Numbered from the stretch's first letter, positions 28,105-39,140 are shown. The stretch is 64,000 bases of DNA from Candidatus Hydrogenedentota bacterium (GCA_034669905.1 JAXMOL010000001.1:32001-96000), one strand, 5' to 3'. Numbers and translations are program-made. Notes: a model not told the origin generated them from the sequence alone.

Positions 28105-30635
28105 TGCAGTCTCAACACATGTCGGGTAATGAGCAATCATGGCAGGGCTATGCGCCGCTCGAAGGCGTCTATGACGAGATGAAGACCGCCGATGGCGCGA
28201 TTCGCCCCCCCTGGGAGCCGAGCGTCGGGGCCTTTGATGCCCTCGGTGCGGCAGAGCTGCAAAGTCGCTGGGAGCAGGGCGAGCGCGAAATCGCCAAGAA
28301 CGGCATCAGCTACAACCCCCACGATCAGGAGCAGGGTCTCTCCCGTCCCTGGGCCCTGGACCCCATCCCGCTGGTTCTCGATGAAACAGAATGGGAACGT
28401 ATCCGGGCGGGGATTCGCCAACGGGCCGTACTCTATGAGCTGGTCTTGCAGGACCTCTATGGGCCGCAAAAGCTGTTTAAGGACCGCATCCTGCCACCCC
28501 ATGTGCTCTTTGCCCATCCCCAATATTATCCCGCCTACCATGGCATCCAACACGCGGATGCGACCCGACTGCAGTTGTATGCAGCAGACCTCGCCCGCTC
28601 ACCCGATGGACGGTGGTGGGTAACAGAAAACCGCACTCATGCTCCCTTCGGCCTGGGCTATGTGCTCGAGAATCGGGTCATGTCGGCGCGCTTCTTTCCG
28701 AAAATCATGCGCGATGCCCACATCCACCGCGTCGCGCCTTTTTTTGCCGCACTCCGTGAATCCCTGGCCGAACTGGCCCCCCGAAATCGGGACAATCCAC
28801 GCACGGTCCTGTGGTCCATGGGCCCTATGAGCCCCACGTATTTTGAAGACGCCTATCTCGCCCGCTACCTGGGCTATACCCTTGCCGAAGGGGCCGATCT
28901 CGCGGTCCGGAACAACCAGGTCATGCTGAAAACCCTGGGGGGATTGCTCCCTGTCGACGTGTTGTTCCGTCGACTCGACGACCACAACTGTGATTCCGTG
29001 GAACTCCGGTCTGACTCGCCCTACAGCATTCCGGGCCTGCTGGAAGTCATGCGCTCGGGTGGCGTAGGGGTTTCGAACGGATTGGGCAGCGCGCTGCTGG
29101 AAGCACCCATCCTTCGTGCCTTCGAACCCGTGCTCTCCCGCCTGTTGTTGGGCGAAGAACTGATTCTCCCTACCGTGGCCACGTGGTGGTGTGGTGATGC
29201 GAAGGCCCTGACCTACGTGGTTGAGCACCTCGACAACCTCCTGGTAACCACGGCCTTCGAAGGGATCGACACGGCCGGCATTCGGCCCGCCCAGTTGAAG
29301 CAGGCCGATAAGGAAGCGCTCATTGCGCGCATCAAGGAAAACCCCGAAAACTTCGTAGCCCAGGAAACCGTCGCCCGTTCGAGCACCCCGGTCTGGGAGA
29401 AAACCGGCCCGGTCCCCTGGCGCCTCGCCCTGCGCAGTTACGCGGTAAAAAGCAAAGCGGACTACTGCGTCCTCCATGGCGGGCTCGCCCGCGTCTCCCC
29501 CGATCCCCTTCGCCTCGATGTGGCGATGACCAGCGGAGATCGGAGCCAGGACGTCTGGATTCGCACCCCCGGCACGGTGGAGGAGACGACCTTGTTGCAA
29601 CCTCCGGGCGCCACCATATCCCTGAAACGAAGTGGCCGGGATCTGCCCAGTCGGGTATGTGACAACCTCTTTTGGTTGGGGCGCAAGGTGGAGCGTATCG
29701 AGAGTGCGGTGCGGCTGCATCGCCTGGCGACCCGGGTTTCCACCAGCGAATATGACAGCGAGTATCTCACACGCTTTCTCTCCCGCGCCCTGAGGGGCCG
29801 AGAGGCCTCACCCGGTGACAGCGTCCCGGAGGACGTCCCCATATCCCTCGTCGAGCTGCAGACACGCCTGGAAAAGGCCTTGCTGGAGCCTGCCAGCACC
29901 AACAGCCTGCCGAACATGGTGGCCGACGCCATGCGCCTTACCTACACCGTGCGTGATCGCATCGCCGTGGAAATGTGGCGATCGGTGCAACGCATCAGCC
30001 AGGAGAGCATCTCGCTCAAGGCCAATTGGAATCGGGGGGACACGGTGCGCCTCGGACACCTGGACACCCTCCTCTCGGGGCTCAACGGTTTCGCCGGCCT
30101 TACCGCCGAGAGTATGACCCGGGCAGACGGGTGGCGCTTTCTCGACCTGGGCCGTCGCATCGAGCGGGCCCTCCAGGGCTGTCAGTTGCTCAATGCCACC
30201 CTCACGAAGCCCGGTGACGATGAATCCGTGAGCCTGGAGTTGTTGCTGGAGATTTCCGATAGCATCATGACCTACCGCAACCGGTACCTCGCGACGTTGC
30301 AGCCGGCCCCCGCGTTGGACCTGCTGTTGACGGACGAATCCAATCCCCGCTCCATTGGCTTTCAATTAACCTGCATTATGGAGCACATCACCCAACTGCC
30401 GGGTGATCAGCATACGGCGACCCGCAGTGTGGACAACCGTATTGCCCTTTCCATGCAGAACAGCCTGCGACTTGCCCAGGTCTATGAATTGGCGGAGGTC
30501 AATCGGAGTGGCAACCGGGAAAAACTGCACCGTATGCTCGGCAAACTGGGACGTCAGCTATTGGACCTTTCCGATGCGATTTCCGGGCAGTACCTCGTTC
30601 ATGCCGGCCTGCCGCGCCACTTCGGGAGTGTTTAA
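28101..30635 (+). CDS. Circularly permuted type 2 ATP-grasp protein fused to an alpha-E domain
   Basis: WALDPIP, YAADLARSPDGRWWV, GYVLENR, YFEDAYLARYLGY, RRLDD, GGLARV; then alpha-E motifs SRVCDNLFWLGRKVER, GWRFLDLGRRIERA, DESNPRS. Confidence 0.88.
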   Translation: MMQSQHMSGNEQSWQGYAPLEGVYDEMKTADGAIRPPWEPSVGAFDALGAAELQSRWEQGEREIAKNGISYNPHDQEQGLSRPWALDPIPLVLDETEWERIRAGIRQRAVLYELVLQDLYGPQKLFKDRILPPHVLFAHPQYYPAYHGIQHADATRLQLYAADLARSPDGRWWVTENRTHAPFGLGYVLENRVMSARFFPKIMRDAHIHRVAPFFAALRESLAELAPRNRDNPRTVLWSMGPMSPTYFEDAYLARYLGYTLAEGADLAVRNNQVMLKTLGGLLPVDVLFRRLDDHNCDSVELRSDSPYSIPGLLEVMRSGGVGVSNGLGSALLEAPILRAFEPVLSRLLLGEELILPTVATWWCGDAKALTYVVEHLDNLLVTTAFEGIDTAGIRPAQLKQADKEALIARIKENPENFVAQETVARSSTPVWEKTGPVPWRLALRSYAVKSKADYCVLHGGLARVSPDPLRLDVAMTSGDRSQDVWIRTPGTVEETTLLQPPGATISLKRSGRDLPSRVCDNLFWLGRKVERIESAVRLHRLATRVSTSEYDSEYLTRFLSRALRGREASPGDSVPEDVPISLVELQTRLEKALLEPASTNSLPNMVADAMRLTYTVRDRIAVEMWRSVQRISQESISLKANWNRGDTVRLGHLDTLLSGLNGFAGLTAESMTRADGWRFLDLGRRIERALQGCQLLNATLTKPGDDESVSLELLLEISDSIMTYRNRYLATLQPAPALDLLLTDESNPRSIGFQLTCIMEHITQLPGDQHTATRSVDNRIALSMQNSLRLAQVYELAEVNRSGNREKLHRMLGKLGRQLLDLSDAISGQYLVHAGLPRHFGSV

Positions 30636-30641
30636 GGTACG

Positions 30642-31535
30642 ATGGCACACTACAAGATTGTCCATACCACGACCTACCACTACTCCAGTCCGGTAAGCGT
30701 GTGTCACAACCTGCTGATTCTGACGCCCCGCGAAAGTGAGCGACTGCGTTGTCCGAGCCATCGTCTGATCATTCGCCCCACGCCCCTCACCACAGAGCGG
30801 CGCTCCGATTTCTTTGGGAACTACGTGCATGCCTTCGCCATTGAAGAACTGCACCGCAGCCTGACCGTGACCTCCACCAGCCGTGTTGAGATCAAGCCGG
30901 ACGAGCGGCTGAATGGCGCCGAGATTCCAACGTGGGAGGCCTTGCGCGATGGGACCCGCCAACAGACGGACCCCCACTGGCTTGCCTGCGCGCCCTTCCG
31001 CTTCAACTCACCGCGCATTTCAGCGAGCCCGAAGTTCGCCGCCTACGCCGCGCCATGCTTCGCACCGGGCCAGCCCATTGTCGAGAGCATCCAGCGGCTC
31101 ACCACGAAGATACATGGGGAGTTTACCTATGACACCCGGGCAACGAACGTAAAAACGAGTACCGAAGAAGTTTTCTCGCTCCGGCGGGGCGTGTGCCAGG
31201 ATTTTGCCCATGTGCAACTGGCGTGCCTCCGTTCCATGGGCATCCCGTGCCGTTATGTCAGCGGCTACCTGCGCACCATCCCTCCCGAAGGGCAGACCAA
31301 GATGGTAGGTGCCGATGAGTCTCACGCGTGGGTTGCGGCCTATTGCGGAGAGGCGCTGGGCTGGATCGAATTTGACCCCACCAACGACTGTCTTTGTGGG
31401 ACGGATCACATCCCCATTGCCTGGGGCCGAGACTATAGTGACGTGGTTCCGTTTCGAGGCGCGTTCATTGGGGGCGGCAAGCACACCCTGAGTGTTTCGG
31501 TCGATGTACGCGAGCACCCGCCACGGACAGGTTGA
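30642..31535 (+). CDS. Transglutaminase-like protein (Bact_transglu_N + Transglut_core)
   Basis: YKIVHTTTYHY, DFFGN, GVCQDFAH, RYVSGYL, SHAW, FDPTN, AWGRDYSDV. Confidence 0.92.
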   Translation: MAHYKIVHTTTYHYSSPVSVCHNLLILTPRESERLRCPSHRLIIRPTPLTTERRSDFFGNYVHAFAIEELHRSLTVTSTSRVEIKPDERLNGAEIPTWEALRDGTRQQTDPHWLACAPFRFNSPRISASPKFAAYAAPCFAPGQPIVESIQRLTTKIHGEFTYDTRATNVKTSTEEVFSLRRGVCQDFAHVQLACLRSMGIPCRYVSGYLRTIPPEGQTKMVGADESHAWVAAYCGEALGWIEFDPTNDCLCGTDHIPIAWGRDYSDVVPFRGAFIGGGKHTLSVSVDVREHPPRTG

Positions 31536-31590
31536 TTGTCTCCGGACCCGTGGGATAGAGTGATATTACGGTTAAGCCATAACGCAGTGG

Positions 31591-33042
31591 ATGATAGCTA
31601 TGAGCTGGACGGACTATGAGACGAACGGTTTCTATGACGAGCTTTTCGAAGCGGATGGCGTTCCACGCGCCACGGCAAAGCCCTTGCTGGAGCGCATTCA
31701 GTCACTGAATGAGCGGGAAATCGCGCGCCGTCAAAAGGCCGCAGAAGGAGCCCTTCGCGAAGCCGGGATCACCTTTACGGTCTACGGCGAACGGCGGGGC
31801 ACAGAACGCATCTTTCCCTTTGATATTATCCCCCGCATTGTCGAGGCAGATGATTGGGAAATCATTGAGTCGGGTCTGAAACAGCGTATCGAAGCCCTCA
31901 ACCTCTTCATTGATGATATCTACCACGACCAGAAAATCCTCAAGGACGGTATCATCCCCTCGGAACTCGTGCTCAATGGGGGCACGTTCCGCCCCGAGTG
32001 CGTCGGGCTCGACCCGCCGCGGGGGGTCTGGTGTCACATCACGGGCACCGACCTGATTCGACATTCCGACGGGCAGGTATACGTCCTGGAAGATAATCTC
32101 CGGTGTCCCTCGGGCGTGTCGTATGTCCTGGAGAACCGGCAGATACTCAAGCGCACCTTCCCCTACGTGTTTGGTGCCCTGCCGATTCGTCCTGTGGATG
32201 ACTATCCCAACCTGTTGCAAGACATGCTCATCGGCCTGGCCCCGGCCAATGTGTCGCAGCCCACGACCGTCATCCTGAGTCCCGGCATCTACAACTCGGC
32301 CTACTTTGAGCATTCTTTCCTGTCCAAGCAGATGGGCATCGAGTTGGTGGAAGGCAGCGACCTGGTCATCGAGGATGGCTTTGTCCACATGCGCACCACT
32401 ACCGGGCTGAAGCGGGTCGATGTCATCTACCGTCGTATCGACGATGATTTTCTGGACCCCAAGTGCTTCCGCGAAGACTCGGTGCTTGGTGTGCCGGGCC
32501 TGATGGAAGTCTATCGCAATGGGCACGTGGCACTGGCCAATGCGCCCGGCACGGGGGTGGCCGATGACAAGGCAATTTACGCCTATGTGCCCGAGATCAT
32601 CCAGTACTATCTGAAACAGGACCCCATCCTGCCGAATGTGCCGACCTATGTGTGTGATCGGCCCGATGAATGCCAGCATGTCTTGGAGAATCTCGAGACC
32701 ATGGTGGTCAAGGCGGTGAACGAATCGGGCGGCTACGGTATGCTCGTGGGTCCGGCGTCTACGGCGGCGGAACGGGAAGCCTTTGCAGAGAAAATAAAAG
32801 CCCGCCCGCGAAATTATATCGGCCAGCCCACCATGGCCCTCTCGCGGGTGCCTACCCTCATTAATGGCGAGCTGAAGGGACGACATGTCGATCTCCGACC
32901 CTATGTGCTCTACGGCGAATCGATTCAGGTAATCCCCGGTGGCCTTACACGGGTCGCGCTGAAAGAGGGTTCGCTGGTCGTGAATTCCTCTCAGGGTGGC
33001 GGAAGTAAAGACACCTGGGTACTGAAGTCGGATGGTGCTTAA
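31591..33042 (+). CDS. Circularly permuted ATP-grasp protein (stand-alone)
   Basis: [87 protein letters not shown]. Confidence 0.92.
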   Translation: MIAMSWTDYETNGFYDELFEADGVPRATAKPLLERIQSLNEREIARRQKAAEGALREAGITFTVYGERRGTERIFPFDIIPRIVEADDWEIIESGLKQRIEALNLFIDDIYHDQKILKDGIIPSELVLNGGTFRPECVGLDPPRGVWCHITGTDLIRHSDGQVYVLEDNLRCPSGVSYVLENRQILKRTFPYVFGALPIRPVDDYPNLLQDMLIGLAPANVSQPTTVILSPGIYNSAYFEHSFLSKQMGIELVEGSDLVIEDGFVHMRTTTGLKRVDVIYRRIDDDFLDPKCFREDSVLGVPGLMEVYRNGHVALANAPGTGVADDKAIYAYVPEIIQYYLKQDPILPNVPTYVCDRPDECQHVLENLETMVVKAVNESGGYGMLVGPASTAAEREAFAEKIKARPRNYIGQPTMALSRVPTLINGELKGRHVDLRPYVLYGESIQVIPGGLTRVALKEGSLVVNSSQGGGSKDTWVLKSDGA

Positions 33043-33090
33043 AATGATGGACCTGGTCATGAACCGCATTGCGCAGGGGGATCGGACAGC

Positions 33091-34041
33091 ATGTTAAGCC
33101 GAGTCGCCAAGAATCTGTATTGGATGAGTCGAAACATTGAACGGGCCGACAACATTGCCCGCTTCGTCGACGTGAATCTTCACCTGCTCATGGATCTCCC
33201 CGTGGAAGAGGCGAATCAGTGGGAGTCCCTCATCGCCGTAACCGGTGACAAAGAACTCTTTGACGCCCGCTATGACACGGCGACCAGTGAGAATGTTATC
33301 GAGTTCCTTACCTTCGATCTGGAGTACCCCAACTCTCTCTATCGGTGTATCCACAACGCCCGTGAGAATGCGCGGACGGTGCGGGAGGGCATATCCTCCG
33401 AACTGTGGCGCCGGATCAACGAGTTGTACCTTGATCTGGGCTCTCCCGGCGTCAAACGGCGCGCCATCGCCGAGCCCAATCGTTTTTACAACAGCATCAA
33501 AGACAGCTGTACCCTGTTCCAGGGCCTGAGCGAAGCCACCATGACCCACGGCGAGGCCTGGCAATTCATGCGGCTGGGTCAGGCCATTGAACGGGCGGAC
33601 AAAACCTCCCGAATTCTGGATGTGAAGTATTTCATCCTCCTCCCCGATGCCAATTACGTGAACACGCCCTACGACAACATTCAGTGGGCCGCTGTGCTGA
33701 AATCGGTGAGTGCCCTGGAAATGTTCCGCCTGGAGTATCGTCGAATCGCCCCCCGGTCCGTCGCCGAATTCCTCGTGCTCAATCCCGACTTCCCCCGGGC
33801 CATCCGCTTTTGCGTTGCCCGGGCCGAGCGCTGCCTTCACGAGATTTCCGGCTCCGAAACAGGCAACTACGCCAATCCGGCGGAGCGCTGCCTGGGGCGG
33901 CTCTCCTCCGAACTTTCCTACACCGACATCGATGAAATCCTCAACCAGGGGCTCCACGAATACATCGATGGACTTCAGGCCCAGTTCAACACGGCGGGTG
34001 CGGCCATCGGCGAGACCTTCTTTGGAAACCGGCCGCGCTAG
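33091..34041 (+). CDS. Alpha-E domain protein (DUF403 family)
   Basis: [57 protein letters not shown]; two ER-motif repeats. Confidence 0.92.
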   Translation: MLSRVAKNLYWMSRNIERADNIARFVDVNLHLLMDLPVEEANQWESLIAVTGDKELFDARYDTATSENVIEFLTFDLEYPNSLYRCIHNARENARTVREGISSELWRRINELYLDLGSPGVKRRAIAEPNRFYNSIKDSCTLFQGLSEATMTHGEAWQFMRLGQAIERADKTSRILDVKYFILLPDANYVNTPYDNIQWAAVLKSVSALEMFRLEYRRIAPRSVAEFLVLNPDFPRAIRFCVARAERCLHEISGSETGNYANPAERCLGRLSSELSYTDIDEILNQGLHEYIDGLQAQFNTAGAAIGETFFGNRPR

Positions 34042-34211
34042 CTGAGGATACCGTCCCCCTGGGCCCTCGGTTCGTATGGGGTCCGTCGTCATACGCGTGC
34101 GCAGGAAGCCTCTTCTTTGTTAAACTACCCCCTTTGATCGGAACCCAACCCGAGGCTCTATCGGCACGATTCGCGACGATAGGCCCGCACCCTCTGGAGG
34201 AGCTGACTGCC

Positions 34212-35036
34212 ATGGCAGCAATCGAATGGGCAGAAGCCAAGACGTACACTGAAATTCTCTATCACAAGGCCGATGGTATCGCCAAGATCACCATTAACCG
34301 GCCCCATGTGCGCAATGCCTTCACCCCCACGACCAACGACGAGATCAGCGACGCCCTCAAGGATGCCCGTTTTGATCCGGAAATTGGCTCTATTATTCTG
34401 ACCGGCCAGGGCAAAGAAGCCTTTTGCTCGGGCGGCGACCAGAAGGTCCGCGGTGATTCGGGCTACGTCGATGGCGGCACCGGGGCGCACCGCCTCAACG
34501 TGTTGGACCTCCATCGTCAGATCCGCACCCTGCCCAAGCCAGTGATCGCCATGGTCGCGGGCTACGCCATCGGCGGCGGCAACATCCTCGCCATGGTATG
34601 CGACCTTACGATTGCCGCCGACAACGCCATCTTCGGCCAGACTGGCCCCAAGGTCGGCTCCTTTGACGCCGGCTATGGCTCCTCCCACCTGGCGCGTATG
34701 GTCGGACAGAAGAAAGCCCGGGAAATCTGGTTCCTCTGCCGCCAATACAACGCGCAACAGGCCCTCGACATGGGACTCTGCAACACAGTGGTGCCCTATG
34801 AGCAGCTGGAAGAAGAGACGGTCCAGTGGTGCCGCGAAATCAATGCCAACTCCCCCACGGCCATCCGTTGTCTGAAAGCCGCCCTCAACGCCGATGAAGA
34901 TGGCCAGGCAGGTCTGATGGAACTGGCGGGCAATGCCACGTCCCTGTTCTACCAATCGGAAGAAGGTCAGGAAGGCCGCAACGCCTTTAACGAAAAGCGC
35001 AAACCGGATTTTTCGAAGTACCCCAGGAATCCGTAA
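34212..35036 (+). CDS. menB: 1,4-dihydroxy-2-naphthoyl-CoA synthase
   Basis: [64 protein letters not shown] before the ATG at 34212. Confidence 0.96.
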   Translation: MAAIEWAEAKTYTEILYHKADGIAKITINRPHVRNAFTPTTNDEISDALKDARFDPEIGSIILTGQGKEAFCSGGDQKVRGDSGYVDGGTGAHRLNVLDLHRQIRTLPKPVIAMVAGYAIGGGNILAMVCDLTIAADNAIFGQTGPKVGSFDAGYGSSHLARMVGQKKAREIWFLCRQYNAQQALDMGLCNTVVPYEQLEEETVQWCREINANSPTAIRCLKAALNADEDGQAGLMELAGNATSLFYQSEEGQEGRNAFNEKRKPDFSKYPRNP

Positions 35037-35109
35037 GCGGCCCATGTTGGCGATGAAATACACCGATGAAACCACGGCACAACTGCTGTAGTTTGAAAGA
35101 ACTGATACT

Positions 35110-35991
35110 GTGCATCCCGTAAAAATATGGCTGCTCGCCGCGCGGCCCAAGACCTTGGCCGCCGGGCTTACGCCGGTGCTCATCGGCACCGCCATGGCTG
35201 CATCGGCCCATGCCTTCCATTTGCCATCGGCAGCGGCGGCCGCATTGGGTGCGCTACTCATTCAAATTGGCACCAATTTCGCCAACGATTATTTTGACTT
35301 CGTCAAAGGCACCGATACAGAAGAGCGGGTCGGGCCTACCCGTGCCACCCAGGCCGGTCTCGTGTCTCCCCGGGTCATGCTGGTGGCGACCGTACTGGTT
35401 TTTGCCCTGTCCTTCCTGCCCGGTGCCTATCTTATCTACCGGGGCGGCTGGCCTTTCCTGGCCATCGGCATCGTTTCGGTCATCTGTGGCGTGCTCTACA
35501 CCGGAGGCCCCTGGCCCCTGGGTTACCTCGGATTGGGCGACCTCTTTGTGTTGGTCTTTTTCGGTCCCGTTGCGGTGGCGGGCACCTACTATGTCCAGGC
35601 CCTCGCCCTGACGCCCGACGTGTTGATAGCCGGTTTCATTCCCGGATTGTTCTCCACCGCTATCCTGACAGTGAACAACCTCCGGGACGCGGACACGGAT
35701 GTGCGCACCGGAAAGAAGACCCTGGCGGTACGTTTTGGGAAGACCTTCGCCCGCTGGGAATATGTCTTTTGCCTCGTGGTGCCGGGCATCGTGCTGCCCC
35801 TTTACTTGTGCGTGCACACCGGGGGGCACTGGTTTGCCCTGAGCGCCCTCGCCACCATGGCCCTCGCCGTGCCGCTGATTAAGCATGTGTTTTACTCGAA
35901 CGACGGGGTCGTGCTCAATGACACCCTCGCCGGCACGGGCAAGCTCCTCCTTCTCTTCAGCATCTTTTTCTCCATCGGGTGGCTCTGGTGA
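35110..35991 (+). CDS. menA: 1,4-dihydroxy-2-naphthoate polyprenyltransferase
   Basis: ARPKTL, NFANDYFDFVKGTD, YTGGP.PLGY.GLGD, VNNLRDADTD..GKKTLAVR. Confidence 0.95.
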   Translation: MHPVKIWLLAARPKTLAAGLTPVLIGTAMAASAHAFHLPSAAAAALGALLIQIGTNFANDYFDFVKGTDTEERVGPTRATQAGLVSPRVMLVATVLVFALSFLPGAYLIYRGGWPFLAIGIVSVICGVLYTGGPWPLGYLGLGDLFVLVFFGPVAVAGTYYVQALALTPDVLIAGFIPGLFSTAILTVNNLRDADTDVRTGKKTLAVRFGKTFARWEYVFCLVVPGIVLPLYLCVHTGGHWFALSALATMALAVPLIKHVFYSNDGVVLNDTLAGTGKLLLLFSIFFSIGWLW

Positions 35992-37136
35992 AAATCTGCG
36001 CGGCAGCTATTTATCAGTACGCGCTGCCGCTGGAAAACCCTATTCCCCTGCGCCAGGGTCCCCTCGCCACCCGCGCCGGATACCTCTTGCGCCTTGAAGC
36101 GGCGTCGGGACACGTTGCCTGGGGTGAAGCCGCCCCCCTCCCCGGCTTCAGCCGGGAGAACCTGGAGCAATGCCGCGGCACCCTCTTCAATGCGGCCGAA
36201 GAACTCCTCACACGGGACGACTTCTCTGATGATGGCGCCCTGGCCGCGCTCTCGGCCTTTCAATCCACCGCCGCCCACAGCGCCGCCTATTTCGCAGTGG
36301 AATCGGCATGGCGCCACCTGGCGGCCCTGGTCCGGGAGCAGACGCCCTGGGCGCAGCACCGGAATCCCGGCGAAGATACCCTCTTACTGAACGCGCTCCT
36401 GGCAGGCGACCCCGACACCATTGCAGCGCAGGCCGAACGGGCGGTGACCCAGGGCTTCCGCGCCGTCAAGCTCAAGGTCGGGCGGGAGAAGATGGCCGAC
36501 GATCTGCGACTGGTTGAGATAGTACGGGACATCATTGGTCCCCGGACGGCTCTCCGGCTGGATGCGAATCAGGCGTGGTCGCTGGAGGACGCCATCCTCT
36601 TCGGCAAGGCCGTGCGCAAGTTCAACATTGCCTACGTGGAGGAGCCGTGCCGGGCCCCTTTCGACCTCCCCAGTTTTCACGCCCACACCGGGGTCGACTA
36701 TGCCGTGGATGAGTCGATACAGTCCCTCCACGACCTGGTGCAGCGCAAATCGGCACGGCCCGGCGAAGGCCTCTTTCGCGATCTGCCTGTCGTACCCGTG
36801 GTCCAGGGCGCGAAGGCCATCATCTGGAAACCGACGTTGGTGCACACGCCTGACCTGGGCCAGTTGCTCTTTGAGGAAATCCAGGCAGGCCAGGCCCGCT
36901 CGCTCGTGCTCAGTGCTTCCTTCGAAAGCGGTGTGGGCATTGCCGCACTCACCGCCTACGCAGCCCGCTTCGCGGCCCCGGACACGCCAGTGGGTCTGGA
37001 CACCTACCGCTGGATTACGCCCGATGTTTTGAAGGAGCGGCTGCCCATGGAGGGAGGAAGTGTCCATCTCCCCACCGTATTCGCAGCCGGACAAGCGGTG
37101 GACCCCACCTGTATCACGAAGGTCTGGCCCCTGTAA
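35988..37136 (+). CDS. menC: o-succinylbenzoate synthase
   Basis: GEAAPLPGFS, KLKVGR, LRLDANQAW, YVEEP, DES, KPT; GTG start overlaps the menA stop. Confidence 0.9.
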   Translation: MKICAAAIYQYALPLENPIPLRQGPLATRAGYLLRLEAASGHVAWGEAAPLPGFSRENLEQCRGTLFNAAEELLTRDDFSDDGALAALSAFQSTAAHSAAYFAVESAWRHLAALVREQTPWAQHRNPGEDTLLLNALLAGDPDTIAAQAERAVTQGFRAVKLKVGREKMADDLRLVEIVRDIIGPRTALRLDANQAWSLEDAILFGKAVRKFNIAYVEEPCRAPFDLPSFHAHTGVDYAVDESIQSLHDLVQRKSARPGEGLFRDLPVVPVVQGAKAIIWKPTLVHTPDLGQLLFEEIQAGQARSLVLSASFESGVGIAALTAYAARFAAPDTPVGLDTYRWITPDVLKERLPMEGGSVHLPTVFAAGQAVDPTCITKVWPL

Positions 37137-37219
37137 TCCCAACGTCCCTTGTCTTTTGGCCCCCTTCGCTTGCCATAATAACGCCCTGACCCAACCCGGA
37201 AAGGCCACGCACACGCCCT

Positions 37220-38617
37220 ATGCATTGTCCCGTGTTTGATTGGGCCCAAAGTGAACCCGAGCGCCCGGCCCTGAAGACGCCCGAGGGCCCCCTCACCTAT
37301 GGCGAATGGAATCATCAGATCGACTGCTGTGCCGGTGCCCTCACCAAACACGGCGTTTCTGCCGGACAGCAGGTCGCTCTGTGTGGCGTCGCCCACCGGG
37401 ACTACTTGACGACCCTCCTCGCCCTGTTTCGTTTGGGCGCGGTGGCCTGTCCCATCAACCCCGCCTTTCCCGCGGCCTACCGGGAAGCCCGTCTGGCCCA
37501 GTTGGACCCTACCCTGCTGATTGGCGATGAAGGCATGACGCCCATAACGTTGAAGGCCCTGTGTGGCGACACAACGACGGCCGACCATCGTGCCGCCCCT
37601 CCGGTCTGGCGACTCGACGAAGCGGCGGCCATTATTTTTACGTCGGGAAGCACGGGCACGCCCAAAGCGGCGGTGCTCTCGCTGGGAAACCTCTACTACA
37701 ACGCGCGGTTTTCCAATGAAAACATCCGCCTCACCCCGGGAGATAACTGGCTCCTCTCCCTCCCCCTCCACCATGTGGCCGGACTGGGCATTCTCTTCCG
37801 CTCCATCCTCGCGGGGACCTGTATCACCGTTCCGGATTCAGACACGGCGCTGGATTTGGCGGCGCGCCGTTTTAAGGTAACCCATTTTTCCCTCGTCGCC
37901 CGCCAGCTCGCCCGCCTGCTCGACACCCCCGAGGGACAAGGCGTACTTGCCCACGCCAAGGCCCTGCTTTTGGGTGGAAGCGCCATTCCGTCCGAACTCC
38001 TGGATGAGGCCCATCGGCGCGGACTCCCCGTGCACACGAGTTATGGCATGACCGAAATGGCCACCCAAGCTACCACCACACCGGCCGGCGCCGATCGCGA
38101 GACACTCCGTTCCTCGGGCCGTCCGCCCCGGGAAGGAAGCCTCCGTATCAACGGAGAAGGGGTCATTGAAGTGAACGGGCCGTGCCGTTTCCTGGGCTAT
38201 TGGGAGGCGGGAAAACTGCGGAGGCCCTTCGACGCGGGGGGCTGGTTCACCACCGGCGACCTCGGACATCTCGACGCCGACGGCTACCTGCACGTGACGG
38301 GGCGGGCAGACAATATGTTTATCGCGGGCGGCGAAAACGTTCAACCGGAGCGTATCGAGGCGGCCCTCTGTGCCCTGCCCGGCATTCGGCAGGCGGTCGT
38401 GGTGCCCGTCCCCCATGAGGAATTCGGCGCCACGCCCGTGGCCTTTGTGGAGGGGGCTCCGTTGGAGGCGACGGTGCTCGCGAAGCTTCTGGCAGCGACC
38501 CTGCCCCGCCACGAGATTCCCCGGCATTTCTTCCCGTGGCCTGAGACGCTGACCGAGGCGGGCATGAAAATTCAGCGGGCCGCCTTTCAGGCCGAGGCCC
38601 TTCGGCGGCTGTCGTAA
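37220..38617 (+). CDS. menE: o-succinylbenzoate-CoA ligase
   Basis: FTSGSTGTPK, WLLSLPLHHVAG, LLGG, SYGMTE, TGDLG, GRADNMFIAGGENVQPE; men-cluster context. Confidence 0.92.
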   Translation: MHCPVFDWAQSEPERPALKTPEGPLTYGEWNHQIDCCAGALTKHGVSAGQQVALCGVAHRDYLTTLLALFRLGAVACPINPAFPAAYREARLAQLDPTLLIGDEGMTPITLKALCGDTTTADHRAAPPVWRLDEAAAIIFTSGSTGTPKAAVLSLGNLYYNARFSNENIRLTPGDNWLLSLPLHHVAGLGILFRSILAGTCITVPDSDTALDLAARRFKVTHFSLVARQLARLLDTPEGQGVLAHAKALLLGGSAIPSELLDEAHRRGLPVHTSYGMTEMATQATTTPAGADRETLRSSGRPPREGSLRINGEGVIEVNGPCRFLGYWEAGKLRRPFDAGGWFTTGDLGHLDADGYLHVTGRADNMFIAGGENVQPERIEAALCALPGIRQAVVVPVPHEEFGATPVAFVEGAPLEATVLAKLLAATLPRHEIPRHFFPWPETLTEAGMKIQRAAFQAEALRRLS

Positions 38618-38802
38618 TTAGGGTTGCGCACCGTTACGCCATCGGTAGACAAATTTTGACTACTTTTGCCCAAATTATGGGCACCTGTTGGCCTTGCCTG
38701 GGCACCGTCTCTGAAAAGGGTCCACGTACCACTTTTATTCATTTCCCGTTATGAATAGATGACCTTGCAAGAGAATTATCCAGCCTTTATGGCTTTTCAC
38801 TC

Positions 38803-38831
38803 TTGACAGTCCGGGCATCTTGCCGTACGCT
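38803..38831 (+). promoter_or_regulatory. Probable sigma70 promoter
   Basis: TTGACA 38803..38808, 17-nt spacer, TACGCT 38826..38831; about 300 nt upstream of the hydrolase ATG. Confidence 0.55.
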
Positions 38832-39140
38832 GCTATCGATGGCAGTTGTTTGAGGTCGTAAGGCAGTACCACCTCGCCTGGAAGTCTCCCGGTCCCCCCC
38901 TGTGGCTACCGGGTTGTGGGCACACGATTCCGGTTGCGCAACGGGATCGCGAGGGGTGCCCCTACTCCGCTGATCACGGAGGCCGTACGGCGGCAAGTGC
39001 CGAGGGCTTGAGGACGGCAGTAGAACCAATGGGAGGTTTCTTTCACACCCCACTCGCAGTAGTTCCATGGTCTCGTGCGACCCTGGAGCAGATTCAATGA
39101 AGCAACTTCGAATGATTCCAACGAAGAAGGAATTCCTGCA

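Noticed and set aside
24787..28140. 1117-aa antisense ORF spanning the DUF2126 gene
   Set aside because: In-register shadow of a GC-rich coding strand with no recognisable motifs. Similar shadows occur over many genes here (2569..3831, 6425..7786, 31702..33069, 42706..44064, 46198..47955).
24476..34211. Transglutaminase locus as an active mobile element
   Set aside because: No integrase, transposase, att-like direct repeats or obvious compositional shift seen.
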